Source: an uncultured Chloroflexia bacterium (lineage in GTDB: Bacteria; Chloroflexota; Anaerolineae; Anaerolineales; Villigracilaceae). Taken from it: a stretch of 64,000 nt of DNA. Under the pieces are notes generated by a model. It searched no databases, had not been told where the DNA came from, and was given only the letters and a program-made list of their open reading frames with translations. Positions 40,100 to 50,619 of this stretch are shown one piece after another; positions within the stretch are counted from its first letter, which is position 1, and each line of letters begins with the position of its first letter. The position numbers and the translations under genes were made by a program. The stretch is taken from positions 46,050 to 110,049 of the forward strand of contig CAWEKL010000002.1 of assembly GCA_963809585.1 (NCBI GenBank). The letters run 5' to 3'.

Positions 40100-41119
40100 T
40101 TAGGGGCTGGCCATGTCGACCGTGATGTGGCCCCCGTAGGCGCTGGCTGACGAGTAGGCATAGCCGATGCCGATCTCGGTCACGTTGCGGTCGGTCAGAG
40201 CATTGCGGTGCAGGGCGTCATCGTTCCACTGCGAGAGGGCATCCTGCGGCGTCCCGACCGCGATGATCTCGATGTAATACGAGGCGGCATAGCCCGCGGC
40301 GGCGATGCGCGAGCCGATGGTCGAGCCATCCGAGCCGGTGTGGCTGATCAGGCTGTGGCAGGCCATGTCGGCGCTGTGACCCTGGGCTGCGGCGCTCAAC
40401 TGCGCGTTCAGCGAAACCGCCGGGACGCCCGCATCCGCCCGCGCGGCGTTGATCAGCGAGAGCAGCTCACTGACGTAGCCATCATTCCCGGTGGTCTGGC
40501 AGCTCCCCGAGCCGCCCCCTCCGCTGGAAGGCGTGCCTGCCGCGCTCGTGGAGACGGGCGTGCCCCCGGCCCCCACCACGATCTTCACCCAGAAGGACTT
40601 TTCCAGGCCGATGGGCACGACTTTGCCCTCTGCGTCCTGCAGCTCGAAGAAGCCGGTATAGGTCCCGTCGGAGGTGGGCGCCACCAGGTCCACAGAGATG
40701 TTCACCATGTCACCCGCCAGCGTCTGGTCCACCGGCGCGGTCTCGGGGGCGCCCATGCGGTCGCCGCTGACGAAGCCCAGTTGATAGCCCTGCCACGGGC
40801 AGGTGCCGGTGTTCTTGAACTTCCAGGTCTTGGTGAACGCCTTGCCGCGACTGATCTGCGTGCCGTCCGGGATGGTCACATCCTCGATCAGCACCGCCAC
40901 CACCTTGCAGTCCGCCGGGACCGTCACTGCCAGCGTGGGCGTGCCCGGCGTTCCGGTCACCCCGGCGGTGGCCGTGGGGCGCGACACCAGAACCTTCGTC
41001 GGCGGCAGCGTGGAGGTCACGAAGGTGATCGCGGTCGGCGCTTCTGTTTTGGAGGCGAAAGTGATGCAGGAGGTCACCAGCATCGAAAACACAAGCAGGA
41101 GGGGAAGGAGTTTCTTCAT
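40100..41119 (-). CDS. Secreted lipoprotein: NBR1-like (FW) domain + CAP/SCP (YkwD-like) domain
   Basis: The signal and lipobox are MKKLLPLLLVFSMLVTSC. The NBR1-like motif is FTKTWKFKNTGTCPWQGYQLGFVSGDRMG...ISVDLVAPTSDGTYTGFF. The CAP domain is LINAARADAGVPAVSLNAQLSAAAQGHSADMA..SHTGSDGS...WNDDALHRNAL. Confidence 0.8.
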   Translation of the reverse strand: MKKLLPLLLVFSMLVTSCITFASKTEAPTAITFVTSTLPPTKVLVSRPTATAGVTGTPGTPTLAVTVPADCKVVAVLIEDVTIPDGTQISRGKAFTKTWKFKNTGTCPWQGYQLGFVSGDRMGAPETAPVDQTLAGDMVNISVDLVAPTSDGTYTGFFELQDAEGKVVPIGLEKSFWVKIVVGAGGTPVSTSAAGTPSSGGGGSGSCQTTGNDGYVSELLSLINAARADAGVPAVSLNAQLSAAAQGHSADMACHSLISHTGSDGSTIGSRIAAAGYAASYYIEIIAVGTPQDALSQWNDDALHRNALTDRNVTEIGIGYAYSSASAYGGHITVDMASP

Positions 41120-41122
41120 CGT

Positions 41123-43332
41123 TTAGAACATCATCAACTGGCCCTGCGCCTGTTCCACCGGGTCGCTGTTGATCTGCTCCTCAAAGGTTTGCCGGTTCAG
41201 CACCGGGATATCGGCCAGCGAGCGCAGCAGCCGGAATTTGAGCAGCCGCATCGGCCGCATCTTCTCATCCAGCGCGGGGTCGCGCTGCTGTTTGTAGGCT
41301 GCCAGAGCGGCGCGGCCGCCGGGCAGCACGATGACGCATTTCTCGGGGGGATGATCGTTATTCCTCACCACCCGCCCGAGCAGCGCCGAGGCCAGCAGGA
41401 AGAAAACACGCCCGGTGGTCCCGGCCTCCACCCAGAGCAGGCTGCCTTCCTGCTCGAGCGTCTCAAAGCCCAGCCGCTGCCCCACCTGGCGTACCAGCGC
41501 GGCCATCTGCTGCAGGTCCTCGCGCCGGCTGGCAGGCCGGTCCTCCTCGCGCAGGCGCCAGGCCCCGCCTTCCCGCCGGGCGTACGAATATAACACGGAA
41601 TAGATCAAGCCCTTGGAGGGCGTGAGCAGCCCCCGGTAGCGCTCATTCAATTCCTGCTCGATCTCCAAAAAAAGCCGGTCGGGGTTCTTCTGCAGGAAAC
41701 TTACCACGGCCATCTCCGTCCGGTCCGCCAGCGAATCCGTGCCTGCGTCATATTCGTGCAGGCCCCACATGCCGGTTTCCACGCCTTCCCCCGCGCCGAA
41801 ATGAGCAAAGCGCGCATCCGTGGAGAGCGCAGTTTCGATCAGCGAATTGACACTGCGCAGCGAGTCTTCCACCTCTTCCCCCGGTTCCAGCAGCGCGTGC
41901 CGGTCGCTGAGGTGTACCAGCGCGGCGGTATGGAGGTGCAGGTAGGGCACCGGCTCGGCGCGCTCGATCAGATATTCGTGAATGGAGCGCCGCACCGCCT
42001 CCAGTTCCCGCGGGGAGGCAGGCTGCTCCCCTTCCACCTCGTTCCATTCGATCTGCAGCGGGTCCTGCTCATCGCGGAGCGCCAGCCCGCCCAGATGGAA
42101 ACCCGCATGTTCGGCGGCGATGACCGCCGAGCTGACGAACGAGGCTTCGGGCTCGCCCAGCAGCCCCAGCACCGGCGTATCCTTCGGCAGCAGCCCGGCC
42201 AGGTTCCGGAAAGCCGAGTGGAGCGCGGTGGTATTCCATGCCCAGTCGTAGCGGCGGCGGCGCAGCCCGATCTTGAACGGCTCGGCGGCTTCCCGCCCCC
42301 ACAGCCACCCGGCCCAGAGCGAAGAGAGCGTCCAGAGGGCCTGGTTGGAACGCGGCACCGCGCCCACCACCGCCTGGATGGGGATCTCCTTGCGCACTTC
42401 CGCGGCCAGCGCCTTCAAGCGGCCGTCGAAGAGGCAAATGCCGCTCTCCGGGATCTTGTTCGGCCAGGCCTCGCAGGCCACCGGTGATCCGGTCTCCGCC
42501 CACTCCCCCACCGCCCGCTCCAGCGCCATCCAGATATTGCGCTCCCGGAACTGGGGAGGAACGCTCAAGCGCTTGGGCCTCTGCCGGTCGATGGACCACA
42601 GGGAATTGCCCGCATCGAAGGCCGCCAGGGCCAGCGCGGTGATCAAGCGGCGGCGTTCCGCGGTGACATCCAGCCCGTCGATGCGGTTGATCAGCGTCCC
42701 CAGCGCATAGATGGCGCGCGGCAGATAGACCTGCAGCGCCTCCTCGGCATATTCCCGGTCGGGGTCACCGGGCGGCGCCACGCGCTCCAGCACCCGCGAG
42801 CGGTGCAGCTGCGCGCTGCGCGTGATCTCCTGAGCCCGCTCCATATCCTCCGGCTGGGAAAGGCGTTCCCCTGAATCGCCGCAGTGCGGGCATTCATAGA
42901 CGCGCGGCATAGGGGGTATCGGCATCCTTGTTCCACAGGAAAGCCCTTGCCTGGACCGGCTTCCCGCATTTCTCGCAGGTCGTCAGATACAGGGATTGCA
43001 GCCGCGTCTCCAGCCGCTCATCCGATTTACGCGAGGCGCCCAGCTCCGCCAGGGCCGCGGTCAGATCGGCCTCTGCGGGGGCTGAGGCGGCCATTTCAAT
43101 GAGGAAGCGCACGATGGGATTGTAGGCCGTCACCAGCACGCGGTACCCGGCGCGCGCCAGCCTCCAGCACCAGGCGCGGCGAGGAACCGAAGGGGTCCAG
43201 GACCCAGCTTCCCGTGGGGATGCGCCCCGCCAGCCAGGCGGCAGCAGTCCCCTCCTCCAGCGGCGGGAGGAAGCGCGCCAGCAGGCCGGGGTTGGCCGGG
43301 CGGGTTCCTGGCAGATAGGGCAGGGCATCCAT
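41123..43332 (-). CDS. Uncharacterised 736-aa protein with N-terminal methyltransferase-like motif and CxxC...CxxC zinc ribbon (2 apparent frameshifts)
   Basis: MDALPYLPG...WVLDPFGSSPRLVLEA/ARAGYRVLVTAYNP is a degenerate motif-I-like DPFGxS. The ribbon is CEKCGKPV..(23 aa)..CPHCGDSG. About 570 aa of unrecognised sequence follow. Frame breaks lie near 43150 and 42900 (a GCGCG run). Confidence 0.55.
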
Positions 43333-43411
43333 AAGAAAAGTATACTTTGCGCCACCGAAATGACAAAGGGAGGATACGGGAGCGCTGCTCCCGTAATTTT
43401 GCCCCCTGCGG

Positions 43412-44393
43412 CTACTCCAGCGCCTCCGTCAACGGCTGGCGGGGCACAGAGTTCATATCGATCTCGATGGCCGAGAGCAGGAACTGGATCCCAAGGATCA
43501 ATGCCAGGGTGGGAAGGATGACGGTACCGGTGGGCGCGGGGATCCCCAACCCGGCATACTTGATCCACTTGACGATGCCGAAGATCAGGCCGAAGAGGAT
43601 CAAAGGGACGCCGGTGATCAAATAGATGGACATCATGGAAAAGTCGTAGAGGAAATACTTCAGCCACAGCCGCCGCGGCAAGGGTGGCAAGCAGTTTGAG
43701 CGGAAATTCCAGCGCGGCATGCTGCATGGAAAGGCTGGACCTCTCGTTCCCGTAACGGGCGGGCATGGGCACATCCACCACATACGCGCCCTGCAGGTAC
43801 AGGTTGGCCAGCATCCAGGTCTCGAAAAAATAACGCCGGTCCACGCGTTCCAACGGGAGCTGCGCCAGCACCTCGGAGCGCACCGCGAAATAGCCGTTGG
43901 CCGGATCGAAGCAGTTCCAGTATCCACTGGCCGCCTTGGAGGTAAAGCTCAAGGCCATGTTGGCGATCCGCCGCCCAAAGGGCATCTGCCTCAAGGCCTC
44001 GAAATCACGGAAGCGGTTGCCCTTGGCATAATCCGCTTTCCCGTTCACCAGCGGGCTGAGCAGCGCGGGCATATATTGCGGGTCCATCTGGCCGTCGCCG
44101 TCGATCTTCACCACGATCTGCGCGCCCAGTTCCAGCGCCTTGCGGAAGCCGGTTGCCACCGCGCCGCCCACGCCCTGGTTGCGCTCGTGGGTCAGCAGCA
44201 GGATGCGGGAATCGCGCTCCGCCAGAGCCGACACCTTGCTGCCTGTCGCATCGGGCGAAGCATCGTCCACCACGATGATGTGACGCAGGAAGGCGGGCAG
44301 GCTGCAGATCACCTGCTCGATCTCGGCCTCCACCCGGAAGGCAGGCACGACCGCGGCGATCCCATATTCCTCGAAGCGGGGCGGGGTTCTCAT
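43412..44393 (-). CDS. Family 2 glycosyltransferase with C-terminal TM helices (one apparent frameshift near 43690)
   Basis: VVPAFRVEAEIEQV...IIVVDDASPDATG...KIDGDGQMDP are GT2 DxD-type motifs. The C-terminus in the shifted frame is YFLYDFSMMSIYLITGVPLILFGLIFGIV... The ATG overlaps the stop of the GH13 gene as ATGA. Confidence 0.85.
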
Positions 44394-46001
44394 GCGAGGG
44401 CACTCCTCAACAGGCAAGCCTCGTACGGCTCCAGGATGAGGCGGTCCCCTTCGAAGGCGTGAGGCTCCACGCCGAAGCTGGAAAGCAGCGGATCCCAATC
44501 GAGGGGCTGCGTTCCACGGGGCAATTTCACGGGAGTACGCTGTCCCTTGAAATTCAGGGCGACCAGCAGCGTTTCTCCTGGAATCTGGCGCTGGTAGACC
44601 AGCGCGTCCCGACTCTGCTCCTCCGGCAGGATGAATTCTCCCTGCCGCAGGGCGGGATGCTTCCGGCGCAGGCGGATCAGCGCGCGGGTAAAGTTCAGCA
44701 TCGAAAGCGGGTCCGCACACTGGTCCTGCACGTTCCGGTGGAGGTAGTCCGGATGGACAGGCAGCCAGGGCTGAACGGTGGAGAAACCGGCGTACTGCGT
44801 GCCATCCCACTGCATCGGCGCGCGGCAGCCATCCCTCCCCTTGTAGAACGGCCAGTATTTCTTCCCGGGCGGGTCCTGGATCTGGCTGCGCGGCAGGCGT
44901 ATATCGCGCATGCCCAATTCCTCGCCATAATAGAGGAAGGGCGTGCCGCGCTGCGTCAGCAGGAGCGCCATCATCACTTTCGCGCGGGCGTCATCTTCGC
45001 CCCGGGTATGCCGGGTGGCGGTGCGCGGGACATCGTGATTGCTCAAAACATGCGTCGGCCAGATCCCCTGCCGGCGCTCCAATTCATAGGAGGCCTGCAG
45101 ATGCCCCAGCAAACGTTCCGCCTGGAATGGCGCACCGGTCAGGCCAAAATCGAAGGCGGCGTGAAGGCGGTCCGGCCCCACATATTCCCCGATCTTGGAT
45201 GGCTCGGAGAGGAAGGTCTCACCTACCGCGTAGCGCTCGGGGTAGCGATCCAGCAGACCGCGCAGCTCCTGCAGCAGCGGGATCAGCTCGGGACGGTCAA
45301 TATCGTAAATGTGCCGCTGGCGTTCGAAAGCGCGCAGTCCCAGCCGGGGTGGATTCCCGCGAAACCGGTCATCCTTGAAGTAGACATTGAACACATCCAG
45401 GCGGAAACCATCCGCGCCGCGCTCCAGCCAGAACCGCACCACATCCAATTGCGCCTGGCGCACCTGCGGATTGCGCCAGTTCACGTCCGGCTGCTGGCGG
45501 ACGAACATGTGATAATAATATTGCCCACGCTCCGGCGACCATTCCCAGGCCCGCCCGCCAAAGACGGACTGCCAGTCGTTGGGGAGGCTGTCCTGCCAGA
45601 TATACCAGTCGGATTTCGGGTTGTCCCGGGAGAGGCGCGATTCCTCGAACCAGGGATGCTGGTCCGAGGTGTGGTTGAGCACCAGGTCCAGGATCACGCG
45701 CAGGCCGCGCTGGTGCGCCGCCTCGATCAGCACATCGAAATCCGCCAAGCGTGCCGAAACGCGGGTCCACATCGGTGTAATTGCTGATGTCGTAGCCGAA
45801 ATCCTTGTCCGGCGACGGGTAGAAGGGGGAGAGCCAGAGGGCACTGATCCCCAGGTCCGCCAGGTAATCGAGACGGGAGGTGATGCCCGCCAGGTCCCCC
45901 AGCCCGTCCTGGTTGCTGTCGGCGAAGGAACGCGGGTAGATCTGGTAAATGACGCCATCGCGCCACCATAGATAATCCTGCATAACGAAATTGTAATCCA
46001 T
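44390..46001 (-). CDS. GH13 alpha-glucosidase / oligo-1,6-glucosidase-like (one apparent frameshift near 45780)
   Basis: [62 protein letters not shown], then [18 protein letters not shown] and GFRLDV. Confidence 0.9.
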
Positions 46002-46075
46002 ATCCTTGCGGAGAAAGCGGAGGCCAAAAGTGATACAATTCTCAAATCACTCCAGACTGAAAAATACGGGATATT

Positions 46076-47245
46076 ATGGGATCTCAAAGAGAGAATGTCC
46101 TGGTCGTCGAAAGCGACCCCGCCATCAGCGACCTGATCGTCCGCCAGACGTTGAAACCCCTCGGATACCAGGTGGCAGTGGCCCATGAGGGCACTGCGGC
46201 CATCCAACTGGCGCTGCGCTCCGCTCCAGATCTCATCATTGCCAACCTGAACCTGCCCGGACTGAGCGGCAAGGACCTGCTGGTGGCATTTTCCTCCCAG
46301 GGCCTGCGCGCCCCGCTCATCGTCATCGCCGAGAAGGGACAGGAAAGCGATGTGATCCAGGCCTTCCGCCTGGGCGCGAACGATGTGCTCTTCTGGCCGG
46401 CCCGCGATGCCGAGGTGGCAGCCGTGGTCGAGCGGGCGTTCGCGCAGACGCGCGATTCACGTGCCCGCCAGCGGCTGGACCAGAAACTCAAGAGCACCAA
46501 CGACGAACTGCAGCGGAAAGTGCAGCAGTTAACGACCATCCTCGCCACGGGCAAGGCGGTGGTCTCGCTTACCGATCAAAAACAGCTCTTCAATCGCATC
46601 GTGGAGGCCGCCGTGCAAGTGGCGGAGGCTGAGGTTGGCTGGCTGGTCCTGCGGGATGACCAGAGCAAGAGCTATATCCTGGCGGCTCACCGCAACCTTC
46701 CGGAAGGCTGGGCGAAGAAGATGAACCAGCCGCTCGAGGACGGCATCAGCCCATTGGTGGCGCTTTCAGGGCAATCGCTGGTCTTGAACGGCAAGGCACT
46801 GGAGCAGTTCCCGGTGGCCGCCCTCGGCAGATCGGCGGGCGTGATCCCGATCAAGGTTCAAAATGAGGTCATCGGCCTTCTGAATGTCATGCGCAAGGCG
46901 GATGTCGAGATCAGCCGGGAAGCCCAGACGCTCCTGGAGGCGATCTCGGACTTTGCCTCCACGTCCCTGGTCAATGCGCGCTTATTCCGCGCTCTCGAAC
47001 ATGCTGCGGATGCGGCCCGGGAGGGTGAAAAACGCCAGAACTCCATGCTCGAGCGCATGCGCTCCGCGGTCGTCAGCGAGACGCAGGCCGCCAGCGTCCC
47101 GCTCAAACTGCTGCTCTCGGAAAAACCCGGGAGATTGAACGAGCCGCAGAAGCATGCCCTCCAAACCCTTCAGGAGGCGCTTCAGCGCCTGACCCGCGCC
47201 ACGGAAAAAACACTGCCATCCAACCCACCCAACGTCAAAAAATAA
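46076..47245 (+). CDS. Receiver-like domain + GAF domain protein (phospho-acceptor Asp replaced by Asn)
   Basis: VLVVESDPAISDL...PDLIIANLNLPGLSG. The position normally occupied by the phosphorylated Asp reads Asn, and the conserved Lys region reads VLFWPA. The GAF-like region is FNRIVEAAVQVAEAEVGWLVLRDD...VIGLLNV. Confidence 0.75.
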   Translation: MGSQRENVLVVESDPAISDLIVRQTLKPLGYQVAVAHEGTAAIQLALRSAPDLIIANLNLPGLSGKDLLVAFSSQGLRAPLIVIAEKGQESDVIQAFRLGANDVLFWPARDAEVAAVVERAFAQTRDSRARQRLDQKLKSTNDELQRKVQQLTTILATGKAVVSLTDQKQLFNRIVEAAVQVAEAEVGWLVLRDDQSKSYILAAHRNLPEGWAKKMNQPLEDGISPLVALSGQSLVLNGKALEQFPVAALGRSAGVIPIKVQNEVIGLLNVMRKADVEISREAQTLLEAISDFASTSLVNARLFRALEHAADAAREGEKRQNSMLERMRSAVVSETQAASVPLKLLLSEKPGRLNEPQKHALQTLQEALQRLTRATEKTLPSNPPNVKK

Positions 47246-47249
47246 ACCC

Positions 47250-48713
47250 ATGTCAAATCAGGAACTGCTCCTGCTGGCTCTGGACAACACACCCACACTG
47301 CAACTGCTGCAAAGAGCCCTGAGCGCCGCCGGCTATGAACTTGCCCTCGTTCAGGATGTCCGGGGATTGCAGATGGCACTGCAGAACTCCAACCCGGCGC
47401 TGGTCTTCATCGGAGAGGATTTCTCCGGGGAGAAGGGGCTCAGCCTCTCAGAAGGAATGCTGGAACGATTCCCCACGCTGCCCATCCTGCTCTTTGCCGC
47501 ACAGGATTCCACCCGCATTGCGAAGGATGTGCTGAAAGCCGGTCTCTCCGGCTATCTGTGCCCACCGCTTAAATCGGAAGATCTCCACAGGGCTGTGGAA
47601 CGGAGCCTTTTGCGTGCCCGCCGCCTGGGCGATTATCTCCGGCGCGAGGTGAGGAGGACGACCACCTCTCTCGAGGAGCGGGCCAGGTTATCCGAATCCG
47701 ACCGGGCGCGCTATGAGGCTCTCTTCTCCACCATCCAGGACGGCGTGATCGTGATGGACAACCGCAGGAACATTCTCTTCCTGAACCCGGCTGTCCGCGA
47801 AATGTTCCAGGTGAGCGCGGAGGACTTCCTCGGCAAGCCGCTGCTGGATGTGATCGCGCATCCCGATCTGCGCTCGCTGCTGGGGCGCGCCACCACCCAG
47901 GCACTCAAATATCACGAGATCAACCTGGACTCGGGCCAGGTATTGAACGCCCAGTTCACCCCCATCCCGGGCATCGGGTCGGCCATCACCATGCAGGACA
48001 TTTCCTACTTAAAGGAACTGGACCGCCTGAAGAACGATCTGGTGCATACGGTATCCCATGACCTGCGCTCCCCGCTGACCGCCCTGCTCGGCTATGCCGA
48101 ATTGATCGACCGCATCGGGCCGCTCACCGATCAGCAGCGCGAATTCCTGCGGCGCATCGAGGCGAGCGTGGACCATATCACCACACTGGTGAACGACCTG
48201 CTCGACCTGGGACGCCTGGAGGCTGGTTTCGATGCACGCCGCGAGACGGTGCAGATCGACAGCATCCTCAAGTACACGCTGGATAACTTTGATCATCAGG
48301 CGCGTGAAAAAGGGATCGAGCTTTCCTCCTCGCTGGGCACGGAGATTCCCTCCCTGCGGGCGAACCCGATCCGCATCCGCCAGTTATTGGATAATTTGCT
48401 GGGGAACGCGATCAAATATACCCCTGCGGGGGGAAAGGTCTATATCGGGGTCGAATCCCGGGATAACCAGATCATCATCGAGGTGCGCGATACAGGTCCC
48501 GGCATTCCCAAAGAAGAGCAGAACCGCATCTTCGATAAATTCTTCCGCGCCAGCAACGTGCCCGAAGGCATAGAGGGCACCGGACTGGGCCTGGCGATCG
48601 TGAAATCGATCCTGGAAGTCTACCAGGGCCGGGTATGGGTGGAATCAAAGGTCGGGGAGGGATCGGCGTTCTTCGTGGTGCTGCCCGCACTCGACCCGGT
48701 CGCATCCGTGTAG
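47250..48713 (+). CDS. Sensor histidine kinase: degenerate receiver-like domain - PAS - HisKA - HATPase_c
   Basis: The H-box is VHTVSHDLRSPLTALLGY, the N-box LLGNAIKYT, and the G-boxes VRDTGPGIP and GTGLGLAIVK. The N-terminal domain lacks the acidic pocket (LLLALDNTP; ALVFIGEDF). Confidence 0.85.
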   Translation: MSNQELLLLALDNTPTLQLLQRALSAAGYELALVQDVRGLQMALQNSNPALVFIGEDFSGEKGLSLSEGMLERFPTLPILLFAAQDSTRIAKDVLKAGLSGYLCPPLKSEDLHRAVERSLLRARRLGDYLRREVRRTTTSLEERARLSESDRARYEALFSTIQDGVIVMDNRRNILFLNPAVREMFQVSAEDFLGKPLLDVIAHPDLRSLLGRATTQALKYHEINLDSGQVLNAQFTPIPGIGSAITMQDISYLKELDRLKNDLVHTVSHDLRSPLTALLGYAELIDRIGPLTDQQREFLRRIEASVDHITTLVNDLLDLGRLEAGFDARRETVQIDSILKYTLDNFDHQAREKGIELSSSLGTEIPSLRANPIRIRQLLDNLLGNAIKYTPAGGKVYIGVESRDNQIIIEVRDTGPGIPKEEQNRIFDKFFRASNVPEGIEGTGLGLAIVKSILEVYQGRVWVESKVGEGSAFFVVLPALDPVASV

Positions 48714-48748
48714 TTCGGTGCGAAGGGGGCAGGACAGGTGTATTAAAT

Positions 48749-48781
48749 GCCTCCGCCGGGGGAGAACCCGGCGGAGGCTTT
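48749..48781 (+). terminator. Rho-independent terminator after the kinase gene
   Basis: GCCTCCGCCGGG-GGAGAA-CCCGGCGGAGGC, a perfect 12-bp stem, followed by TTTCGCC. Confidence 0.7.
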
Positions 48782-48902
48782 CGCCAAAGGAGGAGACAGT
48801 GAGGAGCATTTGGAGGTGTCTTTGTTCCGTCTCCATCGCTATAATAACTGAAACGGCGCTTTTCCGTTATCGCCAAATGTCATCGAATATTAGTGATTTT
48901 AT

Positions 48903-49319
48903 TCACAAATAACCGGCGAGGAATTCCCAGACCGTTTCCAGTGCCTGACCTGAATCCCTGTAAGTACTGACCCGCAAACCGGATGCCGGGTTGCCGCTGA
49001 TCATTTTTGACAGGGCTCTCCCCTGCTGAACCAGGCACAGCACCGGCTTGCCTTTTTCCAGCGCATAAGCGATCTCATAACCCACCCCATGCGAGGGCAC
49101 ACTGACCTCGGCGATCAAAACATCGCAGGCACGGATCCAGGCGGTATCGCGCTCATAAACCTCACGCGGAGCAAGCACGGCCTCGGAGGTGACGTTTCGC
49201 GCGGCAAGATGTGCCGTGGGCACATCGTGGCCGGCCTCCAGCAATGCCGACACCAGGGTTTCATACACGGACTGAAATTCTCTTCCCCCGGTGATGGAGC
49301 AGGCAAAGTAAATGTTCAT
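48903..49319 (-). CDS. DNPH1/Rcl-like (nucleoside 2-deoxyribosyltransferase fold) protein
   Basis: MNIYFACSITGGREFQSVYETLVSAL...DVLIAEVSVPSHGVGYEIAYALEKGKPVLCL closely parallels the IYFCGSIRGGRED...ADVVVAEVTQPSLGVGYELG pattern of 2'-deoxynucleoside 5'-phosphate N-hydrolases. The ATG overlaps the upstream stop as ATGA. Confidence 0.75.
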   Translation of the reverse strand: MNIYFACSITGGREFQSVYETLVSALLEAGHDVPTAHLAARNVTSEAVLAPREVYERDTAWIRACDVLIAEVSVPSHGVGYEIAYALEKGKPVLCLVQQGRALSKMISGNPASGLRVSTYRDSGQALETVWEFLAGYL

Positions 49320-49930
49320 CGGTGCGGCAGGCGCGAGAGGAGGGATTGATCTCTGCGCGGCCTGGGCGCCGGCTCCATGCCGGTCCGCAGGCTTTCCAGC
49401 TCGGCGCTGAACTGCATCCAATCATTGACCAGCAGGACGAAATGCGGGGTCTTATCCTTGAAGAAAAAGGGGGAAAGGTAAAAGCGCAGGAGGCTCTGGG
49501 ATACAGGGTGACCATTCAGGTCCACCACGATGGCGGTCTTGTGGGCCAGGGGTTCCAGGATCTCGCGCTGCCAGCTCCTGACGCTGGACGGCGGGAACAA
49601 GCCTTCCATGGTCGTAGAGCTGGTGCGCACCACCCGCTTGTAGGAAATATTCAGGCGCAGAAAGGGGGTGACCAGGCGAAGATGGTCGCGATGCAGTTGA
49701 ACATAGGCGGCTTTGCGAAGGATGAACAGGAAGAGGGCAAACAGCAGGGCAAAGCCGCCCACACTGGAAAGGGTGATCCACTGCCAGTCATAGACCGGCT
49801 CCGGATAATATTCTTGCACCGCCCAGGCCAGGGCAAAGAGCGCCAGCCCCAGAGCCCCGACAGCAGGCCACCACCGGTCGAGCATGCGCGTATATAGGAG
49901 CAGGGGATAACGACGGCCGCGGCGAGCCAT
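49316..49930 (-). CDS. Hypothetical membrane protein (2 TM + soluble C-terminal domain)
   Basis: 204 aa. TM segments are WWPAVGALGLALFALAWAV and LSSVGGFALLFALFLFIL. No family was recognised. Confidence 0.6.
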   Translation of the reverse strand: MARRGRRYPLLLYTRMLDRWWPAVGALGLALFALAWAVQEYYPEPVYDWQWITLSSVGGFALLFALFLFILRKAAYVQLHRDHLRLVTPFLRLNISYKRVVRTSSTTMEGLFPPSSVRSWQREILEPLAHKTAIVVDLNGHPVSQSLLRFYLSPFFFKDKTPHFVLLVNDWMQFSAELESLRTGMEPAPRPRRDQSLLSRLPHR

Positions 49931-49933
49931 GCG

Positions 49934-50614
49934 TCAGTCTTGATCTTGAATCAGCGAGGGACCGTCCGCTTCCCCCGGTAATTCCCCGCTCAATTCCGAC
50001 CTGAGCCTGCCGATGGCCTGCTCCAGATGCTCCCCCCGCAGGCTGAAGGTGATGTCGCCCCGGGTCTTCTCGATGATGCTGCGGGCGATGTCGGTCTGGC
50101 GGCGCAGGCCATTGGTGATGGCATCGGGATAATCCATCGTCACCAGGACGGAGTAGATCTCGTCCATGATGCCCAGCAGCCGTTCCACCTCGGCTGAATA
50201 TCCATGACGCAGGATGTCCAGCGTTCGCCTGCGCAGCTCGCCGATCACCTCTGCGAGGCCGTTCAGGTAAGTGGCATCCTCCACGCCCAGTTCCATGGGG
50301 GTATGCAGCGGAAGGTTTTGGATCAGCGCGCAGGTGACATTGGCTTCCACAAATTCCTTGAGAGCATCCTGGGTGTATCCGGCATAGAAAATGTCCGGAT
50401 GGTTGGCAAGGTTGACCCGCAGGTTATTCGCCAGGGAACGCGCATCGGTCAGATGCCCGGTCATGACATCCGACTCGCCGCGGTGCACGGCGCGGATGGC
50501 CAGCGAGCAGGCGCGGGTTAACTGGCGGGCGGTGGCCAGGGCCTGCTCGCGTGCCAGCGTGCGCGCGTCGAACCTCTCCCGGATACTGTCAGCAATGCTC
50601 TCAAGTTTATGCAT
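49934..50614 (-). CDS. Translin-family protein (bacterial homologue)
   Basis: 226-aa all-helical sequence. The central motif is YLNGLAEVIGELRRRTLDIL, compared with the translin/TRAX YLxGLxDxxGELxR. Length and pattern fit the haloarchaeal/bacterial translin-like family. This assignment is from memory. Confidence 0.6.
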   Translation of the reverse strand: MHKLESIADSIRERFDARTLAREQALATARQLTRACSLAIRAVHRGESDVMTGHLTDARSLANNLRVNLANHPDIFYAGYTQDALKEFVEANVTCALIQNLPLHTPMELGVEDATYLNGLAEVIGELRRRTLDILRHGYSAEVERLLGIMDEIYSVLVTMDYPDAITNGLRRQTDIARSIIEKTRGDITFSLRGEHLEQAIGRLRSELSGELPGEADGPSLIQDQD

Positions 50615-50619
50615 GGGTT

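Noticed and set aside
42894-44810. A 638-aa minus-strand ORF treated as one gene.
   Set aside because: It is a composite. Its middle is the GT2 enzyme and its C-terminal part belongs to the methyltransferase-like gene (43332-41123). Its N-terminal 139 aa are an off-frame read of the GH13 3' end.
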